Assembly: GCA_951406725.2 (NCBI GenBank)
Contig: OX597831.1
Location: 24,118,001-24,182,000 of the forward strand
Reading direction: 5' to 3'
Source of the DNA: Octopus vulgaris
Taxonomy: Eukaryota
DNA: 64,000 nt
Shown: positions 52,805-64,000 of the stretch, piece after piece
How the letters are laid out: every line of letters starts with the position of its first letter
Numbering within the stretch: the stretch's first letter is position 1
The notes under the pieces: generated by a model
Told to the model about the DNA's origin: nothing
Database searches by the model: none
Seen by the model: the letters and a program-made list of their open reading frames with translations, nothing else
Program-made: the position numbers and the translations under genes

Positions 52805-53181
52805 AATATATATATACACACATATATACAACACAAGTATTTTTAATATATATGTATATAGTTATTATGTATATATGTATACACACATACACACACACAT
52901 ATATATACATACATATATACATGATATCTATGTATATATATTTTAGATATTTATATGTATATGTGTACATATATAAATATATGCTGAAAGGTAGAGCGTT
53001 AAAGAAGGTGTTTATATACATAAAAGCAGTGAGCATTAATTCAATACAGGACTCGTTTCATCTTTGGAGTAAAATATTGCCAATAATTTTATTGACAGGG
53101 ACTTTGAAGTTCAGAGTTCATTGACCTCAACCAATGGGACAAACTAACAGAGAAACTTCAAAGTCCCTTTCAGAAATGGGT

Positions 53182-53231
<50 letters not shown>

Positions 53232-53507
53232 ACACACACACACACATACAAACACACTCACATTTGGTGGACAGAATGCTCAGTGAACCATTAGAACTCA
53301 TAACCTAGTATTCTTCAGAAAGGCGTACCATGTCACCTAATTACTGAGTTGGTGATTATGTGATGTGAAGACTAATAAGAAAGTCATTGATCTAGATTAC
53401 ACTGATAACATCTGACGATTATAAGAACAACTGCAGAAATGCAACTGATATTGGCTGGTTTAATAAGAGAAGGAAGCCAGTTTAGTAAAGTTTCTAACAA
53501 TTCTATA

Positions 53508-53669
53508 GGTGTAGGAGTGGCTGTGTGGTAAGCAGCTTGCTTACCAACCACATGGTTCTGGGTTCAGTCCCACTGCTTGGTATCTTAGGCAAGTATCTTC
53601 TACTATAGCCTCAGGCCAACCAAAGCCTTGTGAGTGGATTTGGTAGACGGAAACTGAAAGAAACCTGTC

Positions 53670-53707
<38 letters not shown>

Positions 53708-53935
53708 CTGTGTGTGTGTTTTTTTCTTGTGTCAGTGTTTGGTCCTCACCACCACCACTAGACAACTGGTGTTAGTTTGATTAACTTAGCTGCTCAGCAA
53801 ATACAGACCAATAAATGAGTACCAAGCTTTAAAAAAAAATAGGTAGTGGTGGTTGATTTGTCCGGCTAAAAATATTTCAGAGCAGAGCCCCATCTTGGCC
53901 ACGGTATAATGACTGAAACAAGTAAATGATAAAAG
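53508..53935 (+). mobile_element. SINE family B, full length (older)
   Basis: GGTGTAGGAGTGGCTGTGTGGTAAGCAGC head through to GACTGAAACAAGTAAA tail. Confidence 0.85.
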
Positions 53936-54035
53936 GTAACCTCTTGTGGAAGGAAATCTGTACACATGCACACACACATATATATATATATATAAATATA
54001 TATGTATATATATGTATATGAACATGGATATATAT

Positions 54036-54101
<66 letters not shown>

Positions 54102-54150
54102 TTAGATACATACACAAATACAGTTCTATATTTAAGAGATTAGGAATAAT

Positions 54151-54246
54151 GCACATTATTTACATTTGACGGATATTTATCCTCATCTTGTGGTTAAGAA
54201 CGCAGGCTAGTAACCCCAAGATTCCAAGAACCATTCCAGGCAGTGA

Positions 54247-54278
<32 letters not shown>

Positions 54279-54427
54279 TTTAAAAATACCTTAGGAATGA
54301 GAACCTAGGTTGGAAATTACCTCAAGACACCTGATGAAAGCTGGAGAGTATATCAGCCGAAACGTGTTAACAACAAACAAGATGAGGATAAATATCCATC
54401 AAATATAAATAATGTAAATAATGTACA
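54151..54427 (+). mobile_element. Small inverted-end element with hammerhead remnant (probably Penelope-derived)
   Basis: 38-bp inverted ends CATTATTTACATTTGACGGATATTTATCCTCATCTTGT / ACAAGATGAGGATAAATATCCATCAAATATAAATAATG. GACAC-CTGATGA-..GCTG/CAGC..-GAAAC-GTGTT at 54326-54368. Confidence 0.7.
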
Positions 54428-55137
54428 CATATATATATATATTTATACATACATACACGCACATATACATATGTATACACACACACACACATGTATATAT
54501 ACACACATGTATATATACACACATGTATATATACACACATATATATATATATACACACAGACACAGACACGCACACATCAATAAGACTCTGATGATCATA
54601 CTTTTCATTATGTCAGATGATAATCATCTTATTATGCAAAGTTCACTTATATGTGTATGTGTGTTTATTCTACCTCTTTTTCAGGAAAGAAAAGTACTGC
54701 CAAACTCTTTTATAGAGTCCCCTTGAGAGGTAGAAGGGAAGTAGGAAAATAAACACAAAAACTCCAGGCCTTGATTGAATGCTTGCAAAAGTTCCCTAAG
54801 GGGTACATTGCGGGGTTAAGCAGACTGAGTCTACCACCCGTGTAGGCCACAGCAGGATTTTGAACTTAGATTCAGAAAATAAAATACCAGAAGGCATTTT
54901 GTTTAAGGTGTTAATGATTCAGCCTGTCTGTTAAGCTGACACTGTTACTTTATCTATTGACCCCAGACATATGAAAGTTGACCTCATTGGGAGTTGAACT
55001 CGGAACATATTCTGAGAGATTTCACTTGACATTCTAATGACTCAGTGAATTCACCATATATATATATATATATAGTCATATATATATGTATATATATAAA
55101 TATATATATAGAGAGAAGGAAATCGATAGATAGAGAG

Positions 55138-55187
<50 letters not shown>

Positions 55188-55599
55188 ATTTGTGTATGTG
55201 TGGTATGTGTGTGTATGCATGTATGTATATATATAAATATATATGTATATATATATTATATATTTATATATGCACATACATATACACACACACAGGCACA
55301 CACACACACATGCGCACACACACACACATATGCAAACACGTGCACACACACACACACACTAACCCAGTGACAACAGTGCTAATCTCCAGTGAAATATTCA
55401 TATTCGTTATATAACATTTTCAATTCTATGACATGACACTTGTACAAGACTTAACACATAACAAACAACACAAGTTGATGCCTTTGGGCCTCCAAGGGTC
55501 ATCAAGTGCCACTACGGGCGATGGCATTCTGTCTTCTCTAAGAGAAAATGGCTTGCTGACAGATATATTTTCTTGGCACTCATAAATTTGCATCAGAAT

Positions 55600-56592
55600 A
55601 AAATGTATGTATGTATGTGTGTATGTATGTTTGTATGTATGTATGTATGTATGTATATGTATACCTTTATGTATGTATGTATGTATGTATGTATGTATGT
55701 ATGTATGTATGTATGTATATATGTATGTGTATGCATTTTTGTATGTATGTATATGTATGCCTTTATGTATGTATGTATGTACGCATATATATGTATGCAT
55801 TTATGTATGTATGTGTATGTATGTATGAATATATATGTATGCATTTATGTATGTATGTATATGTATATATATGTATGCATTTATGTATATATGTATGTAT
55901 TTATGTATGTATGCATGTATGTATATGTATGCCTTTATGTATGTATGTATGTGTATGTATGCATTTATGTATATATGTATATGTATACGTATGTATGTAC
56001 GTATATATATGTATGCATTTATGTATGTATGTATATGTATGTATGAATATATATGTATGCATTTATGTATGTATGTATAAGTATGTATATATATGTATGC
56101 ATTTATGTATGTATATATGTATGTATGTACGTATGAATATATGTGTATGTATGTATGCATATATGTATGTGTTTGTATGCATGTGTGTATTTATGTATGC
56201 AAATATGTTTGTATGTGTATGCGTGCATGCATACATGTGTCCTTGCAGATATCTATGTTTGTGTCTTGGATTCAAGATTTTTCCAAAATTTTAAAGTTTT
56301 GCTATTTTTTTCTAGTTTCTTTATACATTTCTATAAATTTTGTTTTTATTGTTGTTTTTGTTCTTGTTCTTCTATTCATTTCTATTCCAAAGATAATTGT
56401 AATTCAAAAAAAAAAAAAAAATTTCACTAAAACTGACATTTTTTTTATTCAACTTCTCTCTATCTATTACTTACGTTTTTATTTTTGTTTTTCTTATTTA
56501 AATTTTTTTGTCATTTTAAAATTTTCTTCTCAAATTCAATTCTTCAGGTTTTATTTTATATGTAGATCATTATATTTATGTGTGCATGTGTT

Positions 56593-56623
<31 letters not shown>

Positions 56624-56887
56624 GGATATATGTACACGTATATATGTATATATGTATGTATATACATATATACATATACATACATATATATGTATGTATA
56701 TACATATATACATATATATATATGTATATACATATATATATATATATACATATATACATACATATATCTATATATATAATATACATATATATATATATAT
56801 ACACACATACATATATACACACACACACAATGTTTGTATGTATATATACATACAATTTTTGTATGCATGTATGTCTAGTTATTTTTG

Positions 56888-56940
<53 letters not shown>

Positions 56941-57003
56941 TATGTATGTATGTATATACATACATACGTTTGTATGTATGTGTGTATATATATATATATA
57001 TAA

Positions 57004-57036
<33 letters not shown>

Positions 57037-57697
57037 CATATATATATGTATATATATATATATGTATATATATATATACACACACTCACACAGAGAAATC
57101 CTCTACCACTTCATCAGTGGATATATGATCTGATATAGTGTCCATGAATGTGTGTATTTCTGTATGTTTTCTTATGTGTGTGTGTGTGTCTGTTATGTAT
57201 GCATGTGTGATACTGTGGACTGTATGTACCTTTGTGCCTATGTGTGTGTGTGTGTGTGCTTGCATATGCTAACTGAGTTATGTCTCATGAATGCATACAC
57301 TCATTCTGACAAAACCTCTCTCACACTCACACACCCTCTTGCTCACACTCACACACCCTCTTGCTCACACTCATACACCAACCCACTCTCTCTTCCTAAT
57401 ACATACATACATACACACACACACATACATACATACATACATACATACATACACATATACACATACATACACACACACATACATATATACATACACACAT
57501 ACATATATACATACACACATACATACATACATACATACATACATACCCATATACACATATATACATACATACACACACACATACATACATACATACATAC
57601 ATACCCACGCACACATATATACATACATACATACATACACACACATACATACATACATACATACATACATACAGACTGTCTCTTTTATATATACACA

Positions 57698-57700
<3 letters not shown>
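55600..57700. repeat. (TATG)n/(TA)n/(CATA)n microsatellite fields
   Basis: Direct reading. GCATTTATGTAT recurs as a higher-order motif. Confidence 0.9.
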
Positions 57701-57704
<4 letters not shown>

Positions 57705-57729
<25 letters not shown>

Positions 57730-58470
57730 GTCTTTTACACATTCTCACTCATATTCTCTCTCTCTCTGTCTTTTACACATTCTCACTCATATTCTCTCTC
57801 TCTCACTCTTCCTCTCTTTTTATCTCTTTCTTTCTCTTATACACTCAATTTCTCTAATATCCCTTCATACAAACATACAGTCCATTTATCTTTCTTTCTC
57901 TCTTTCTCTCTCTCCCTTCCTCTGTCCTTCTACCTCTCTCTTTTTCTCTTTCCTTCTTTCTCAATAACTTTCTTTATCTCTCTCCTTCTACCTCTCTCTT
58001 TTTCTCTTTCCTTCTTTCTCAATATCTTTCATTATCTCTCTCCTTCTATTTCTCTCATTCTCTTTCTTTCTCTCTCTCACTTTCTTTCTCTTTCTTTCTC
58101 CTTTTCCTTCTCTCTCCTTATCTCTCTTTTTCCTTCTCTCTTTCTCTTTCCCTCTTCGCTCTCTCCCCTTCTTTCTTTCTCTGTCTCCTTCACACACTCT
58201 CACTCTTTCCTTCTCTCCTTCTCCCCTTCTCTCTCTTCTTCTCCCCTCTTCTCTCTTCTTCTCCCCTCTTCTCTCTTCTTCTCTCCCTTCTCTCTCTCTC
58301 TTTGTGTCCCTCTTTCCTTTTCTCTCCTTATCTATCTCTTTCCTTCTCTCTCTCTTTCCCTCCTCTCTCTCCTCTTCTTTCTCTATCTCCTTCACACTCT
58401 CTCACTCTTTCTTTCTCTCCTTCTCCCCTTCTCTCTCTTTTTCTCACCCTTCTCTCTCTCCTCTTTCTCT
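57705..58470. repeat. Polypyrimidine (CT-rich) tract with internal duplications
   Basis: About 760 bp strongly C/T on the plus strand. CTCCTTCACAC(A)CTCTCACTCTTTC is duplicated. Confidence 0.9.
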
Positions 58471-59174
58471 CACATGCATAACACCATCCATGGATACACA
58501 TATACCCACATGAACAATGTTTCATCATTTACCCAGCATGCTTCTCCTTTCGTTGACTTATTGAAACAAAAGAAAACAAAAAAAAAAAAACATTAAAAAA
58601 AAAACAGCAAATTCAAGCAGAAGATAACAATAAAAAAATTAAATTAAAAAAAAAAAGAAAAGCAGCAAATTCCAGCAGATGACAAAAACAAATGAAATTG
58701 AAAAAAAAAAAAATATCTTCTCTTTCTACCTACCCTAAATCAAAATATTCTATGAAGACAGAAGATTGAGATTATTAAGATGGATATTTATCCTTTTGCC
58801 GTGTTAGATTTCCTTGTCTATAAAATATATAGTATATTGTTTGTATGTAATTTAGGCTGATTTATTAAGTGAGAAGGAAAAAAAACGTCTTGAATGAAGT
58901 CAGACTCTCTAAAGATTTTTACCATTTCTTTAGTGAGCTGGAAGAGTTTTCTTTGCAAAGTTGTATCACATATTTTGGGTAGTCGAAAGTATTTATCGAG
59001 TTTATCAATGTATTTTTGCTTTTTTCCTTAATGGTTTCTGTTCTACCTTCAATTTATGGAGATTCTGCATTGTTGCTCAACTCTGTAGAAAAAGCTACCG
59101 AATTTCCTTCATATTACACGCTATCATCTATATAAAAATAATGAGAGAGATGTGCTGGACAATGTTGTTATATA

Positions 59175-59585
59175 TACTCTTTACTCTGTTACTTGTTTCA
59201 GTCACTTGACTGTGGCCATGCTGGAGCACTGCCTTTAGTGGAGCAAAGCAGCCCCAGGACTAATTCTTTGTCAGCCTAGTACTTATTCTATTGGTCTCTT
59301 TTGCCAAGCCGCAAGGTTACGGGACGTAATCACACCAGCATTGGTTGTCAAGCGATGTTGGAGGTATAAACACATATACACACAACCACACACACACATA
59401 TATATACATATGCATATATACGACGGGCTTCTTTCAGTTTACGTCTACCAAATCCACTTGCGAGGCTTTGGTTGGCCCGAGGCTATAGTAGAAGACACTT
59501 GCCCAAGGTGCCATGCAGTGGGACAGAACCCAAAACCATGTGGTTGGTAAGCAAGCTACTTACCACACAGCCACTCCAGTGCCTA
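59175..59585 (-). mobile_element. SINE family B, full length
   Basis: Complete head, body and tail. Confidence 0.9.
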
Positions 59586-59725
59586 TATACACATTTTGTG
59601 AGAAAAATAGATTGGATGGTCATGACAGGAACATCTATAATTATAATTTTGCTGGAACAAGTCTGATCTAAGAGATACACAACAACCAACAGAGAAGAAG
59701 AATATACTGAATAATATCAGAGACA

Positions 59726-60241
59726 AAGCGCTGGATTAACCATTAAGCAAAATACACACTGTAGGGAATCAAGGGAAGCGGGGGCACCAAAGAAATAGTA
59801 AATGGTTTATGGCACAAAAGGAATCACTTTAAACTTGCTAACATAATATTTGGGATGCCTTTATATCTCTACTAAGTATAGATGCAGATGTGTTGTATTA
59901 CCTAAGATTAATTTTGAGGATCTGGTCAAAGGCTGCAATTCAAAAAAGTAGGAGGAAACTTTTCAAATATAAATAAAGTGGATGCATAGAAAAATAAACA
60001 TTATTTTCCCTCATACTGTTTTGTTTCGCTTCGAAAATAAAAATTCATTTTATGGTTTGTTATCGTTTTATCGTTTTATCGTTTGTTATTGTAAATAGGG
60101 GCAGCAAACAGATGGGCACATCTGTTTGCTAACCCTATTTTATGGTTTGTTATTGTTTATATTTTAAATTACATAATCTTTTATGGAGACACCAAAATCG
60201 TTTAAGTGCTTAGGGCCTCGATGGGTCTTATTCAGGTGCTG
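59726..60241 (+). mobile_element. hAT-derived MITE family G, both ends
   Basis: Ends AAGCGCTGGATTAA / TTATTCAGGTGCTG. 8-bp TSD CAGAGACA / CCGAGATA (6 of 8 match). Transposase tail remnant. Confidence 0.85.
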
Positions 60242-60709
60242 CCGAGATACACTATGCATTTGATTATAGGTATATTGTTTGGGAGCTGACTCAAGGCTAA
60301 AAAAAAATGATGCTAACTCAAGCAGATGAAGTAAATTTTCCAAATTTATAAAGTTCTTTGAAATATTCCTCTTCTTCTATAAAAAGTCTGTGACATAATT
60401 GTGCATTTTACCACTAGCATAGCTAGAGTGAGTGCCACCCAAGGTGGCCTGTCTGTTTGCTGCCCCTGAACCCCACAAAAAATACATATTGCCTACAGCA
60501 ATAGCCTAAAACAGGATGAAAAGTGCTGCTCCTTTAAGCCTTTCGTTAATGTATTTATTTTGAGATGCTCTGTATTTCTTTCAATTATTATAAATACAAC
60601 AAAGAATTTAGTAAAATAACTGTTATCATTAAGCTAGTGTTAGGAACATATATTGTGACAGTTTTTTGGGGGCGTGATGGCCAAGCCAAACTTAAGAAAT
60701 CAAAATATA

Positions 60710-60952
60710 ATATATTTTACATGAGGTATTTTATACAAACAATAATGTATATGTGGCCACCTGTGTATTGTTGGTGATTTCCTTTCTCTGCTTTCCCTTC
60801 TTTGAACTTTTTCTATATTTCTGATGAAGAGCTTCGCTCGAAATGTGAGGTCCTCTTTCTTTTCTTTCCTTTTCTGAGCATCCAATAACACTGTACTTAT
60901 TCTACGTCTTCGCGTTGTTGTTTTTTCTTGCTTGTTCAAGTTTGGATTAACT
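60710..60952 (+). mobile_element. Probable Penelope terminal-repeat fragment with degenerate minimal hammerhead (60816-60850)
   Basis: CTGATGA-A-GAGC-TTC-GCTC-GAAA with stems I and III broken. T-rich tail runs into (TA)n. Confidence 0.55.
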
Positions 60953-61471
60953 ATATATATACACATATATATATATATATATACATATATATATGTATAA
61001 ATTTATATATATGTTCCTGTGTGTGTGCGTGTGTGATAGAGAGAAAAAGAGAGACATACAAACAGATCTATTATTATATTACTATGATTACAATCTATTA
61101 TTATTATTATTATTATTATTATATTATATCGCAGGTAAAATGGGATTAATAAATCTCAGCACACCTGCAAAATACCAGCTAACAAATTGCTTATAAGTCA
61201 ACTGTTTATCTTCAAGAAAACCATCCAAAGAAACAAAATTTCAGGCGTAATAAATTAGTCACAGAGTATAATACATCAAGTCAACGCATGAAATTTATGG
61301 TATTACATTTAATTCTTTAGCTAAAACTGTTTGGATACTACATAACACATACAATTCATGAATATAAATATTAATATGCAAATAAATGATTTTGTAATAT
61401 TGCATCATACTACCTTTAAATCATATGCATCTCATGAGACAACAATTCAAAGGTGATACTATACGAAAGTG

Positions 61472-61535
<64 letters not shown>

Positions 61536-61621
61536 GTATATATATGTATATATATATATTATATATACACACAAACACACATCTGTATGTATGTATTTAT
61601 ATATGTATGTACATTTCTCTA

Positions 61622-61675
<54 letters not shown>

Positions 61676-61705
61676 TAGATATATATCTATATATAGATAT
61701 ACATC

Positions 61706-61818
61706 AGAGTGGAGCCTGTTGCAGCCTCCTGTCTTCCCAGACCCCGGTCGAACTGTCCAGCCCATGCTAGCATGGAAAACAGACATTAAACGATGATAAT
61801 GATAATGATGATAATGAT
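61706..61818 (+). mobile_element. Family D 3' fragment
   Basis: GGAGCCTG...CCCATGCTAGCATGGAAAACAGACATTAAAC(GAT/AAT)n. Confidence 0.75.
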
Positions 61819-62134
61819 ATATACATACATATATATATATAGATAGATATATACATATATACAGATATATATATAGTTATATATATACACACATATATAT
61901 GCATATATTTTTTTTGGGGGGACGGGAAGGCTGGCTTATGGAGTTACCCTGGGTTTCCCGTCCATAAAGGGTTTAACTTTATGGCATATCGTCGGCCTAA
62001 GAGCTCTTTGGAATTTTCTTTATTTATATTTTAAGAACTATAGCCACATTCAAATCTCACCAGTGGGCCAGTAATAACCATGAACATAACTGCTTTTTCC
62101 CAAATGAAACTGTTCATACTTGATATTATATATC

Positions 62135-62580
62135 ACCATCATCATCCTCATCATTTAACGTCTATTTTCCATGCTGGCTTGACTGAGGTCTGGAAAGCCA
62201 GTGGCTGCACCAGGCTCCAGTGTGATCTGGCAATGTTTCTGCAGCTGAATGCCCTTCCTAATGCCAACCACTCTGAGAGTGTACTGGGTGCTTTTTGCAT
62301 GTCACTGGCACAGAAGCCATTCAGGTGGGCCTGGTATCAATCATGTTTGGATAGTGCTTTTTTATGTGCCACCAGCAAGGGAGCCTGACAGGGGGCACTG
62401 GCCTCAGTCATGTTTGGATTATATTTTTTACATACCATTGGCGCAGGAGCCATTCAGTGGGCACTGGCATCGGCCATGGCTGGATAGTGCTTTTTACATG
62501 TTACTGGCACAGGAGCCAGTCAGTGGGCACTGGCATCGGCTGTGTTAGGACAGTGATTTTTATGTGCTAACGGCACCAGA
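62135..62580 (-). mobile_element. Family D with ~64-bp internal tandem units
   Basis: Tail on the reverse strand, followed by units GGATAGTGCTTTTTA.TG..ACTGGCACAGGAGCC...GGCACTGGCATCGGC repeated four to five times. Confidence 0.8.
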
Positions 62581-62859
62581 TTTTTTTTAGAATAAGCCCA
62601 TTATATCTCTACAAGTAGTAAGAGGTGGATGATAACTGGCATCAGGAAACGATGCCTCACCATAATGCCAAGTCTGAAATATCCAAGCCTGCCAGAATGG
62701 AAAAGCAGACATCATCATCATCATTGTTATTGCCATCATCATTGTTGTCATCATATCATCATTATCATCATCATCATAGCAATCACCATTGTCATCGATA
62801 TCGTCATCATCATCATCATCACTACCACCACCATCAAGAGCATCATCACCACCACCACC

Positions 62860-63075
62860 TATTTCTTTACTACCCACAAGGGGCTAAACACAGGGAGGAC
62901 AAATGGGTTAAGTCGATAATTCGACCCCAATGCGTAACTGGTACTTATTTAATCGACCCCGAAAGGATGAAAGGCAAAGTCGACCTCGGCGGAATTTGAA
63001 CTCAGAACGTAACGGCAGACGAAATACCGCTCAGCATTTCACCCAGCGTGCTACCGATTCTGCCAGCTCGCCGCC
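62860..63075 (-). mobile_element. SINE family A, full length
   Basis: Reverse-strand head GGCGGCGAGCTGGCAGAATCGGTAGC, with B box and core. Confidence 0.9.
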
Positions 63076-63842
63076 TTCATCACCACCACCACCACCAATA
63101 CCACCATCATCATCATGTGTACGTGTATTTTACACAGGATATTTCACATATATACACGCGATCATTTTTAAATCTAATATTTTCTTTTGTTAATAAGAAG
63201 AATTGGGGGGATGAAAAGAAAAACAAACAACAGAAGGTATAGTGGATTTATTCATTTATTTCAGTAGAAATAGTGCGTTGCTTCTATTTATTGAATTTTT
63301 AGATAATTAAAAATTTCCTGTCTCACAATCTAATATTTTATGAATTAACCTGCGTCAAGATGTATCAATTAAATTTATTATTTCAATAAATATTGGTTAA
63401 TAGTTATTAATCTATTTTAAAGATTTTGTTATAGTTGATAATAAATAACTGAATTTGAAATACGCAGTTGGAGGATATAATAAATTTTATTATTCAACTG
63501 ATGAGTAATTCTTAACTAGATCTTCTTAAACACATTACAAGAACATGGTAGAGTTTTGGCAAGAAAATTCTTCTGGATCTAATTTTATTTTGCTGTGATG
63601 TTGGTTTTTATATCTGCTGAGCATCAATTTTTTGCCTTTGATATATAATAATGTGTTATACCATTCTGTAACTGAAATTGTGCATTGGTGTATCCATCAC
63701 TGTTATCTTTCACTGATAAAATGTATACGAGTTAGTTGTGAATCCAAGAAACTAGTGGAACATTTTAGACCTACTAGAAATAGCAACCAAATCTCCTCCA
63801 AATTGGCTTGCTGGTGGGGAGATGGATCGCTGCTGCCTCTAG

Positions 63843-63918
63843 CTGTCGAGTGTCCATCATTGACGAGACCAAACAAGGTTGAAATCACATGATCTGGTGG
63901 TCTTGGCACTGGAGATAG
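63843..63918 (+). ncRNA. Full-length type I hammerhead ribozyme candidate
   Basis: Stem I CCATCA/TGGTGG, extended by AGTGT/GCACT across a TCTTG bulge. Core TTGACGA. Stem II GACC-AAACAA-GGTT, then GAAA. Stem III TCA-CA-TGA. ATC triplet with predicted cleavage after 63894. Confidence 0.78.
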
Positions 63919-64000
63919 TGAGTATTTATCTCCCTGTTATCGATTAAAACAAGAATGCATTTTGTACCAAAAACCCAATATGAGAGTTTCTCTCGTGGTA

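Noticed and set aside
63499-63530. CTGATGAG motif (also CTGATGA near 47350 and 57110 on minus)
   Set aside because: No stem II followed by GAAA. Chance heptamers.

Overview
This is AT-rich eukaryotic DNA, saturated with microsatellites and transposon debris. The repeat families and (TA)n/(CA)n/(TAA)n density suggest an octopus (coleoid cephalopod) genome, but this is inference and no search was run. I found no intact host protein-coding gene, and almost all ORFs in the track are translations of microsatellites or SINEs, so the window is probably intergenic or deep intronic. Retroelements: four interspersed SINE-like families (my labels A-D; A-C have tRNA-like heads), an RTE-type LINE 3' end, four R4/Dong-type LINE 3' ends next to (TAA)n tracts, and Penelope-like remnants with inverted ends. 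DNA transposons: mariner, pogo/Tc2-like, hAT and piggyBac-like elements and MITEs. Tandem repeats: an interstitial (TTAGGG)n array and a 42-bp minisatellite. The most notable observations are: several hammerhead-ribozyme motifs, including a near-canonical full-length type I hammerhead at 63843-63918; a telomeric array that replaces the left end of a hAT MITE; one SINE head carrying four different tails; and head-less tandem SINE multimers. Coordinates of degraded elements are approximate and were read by eye.
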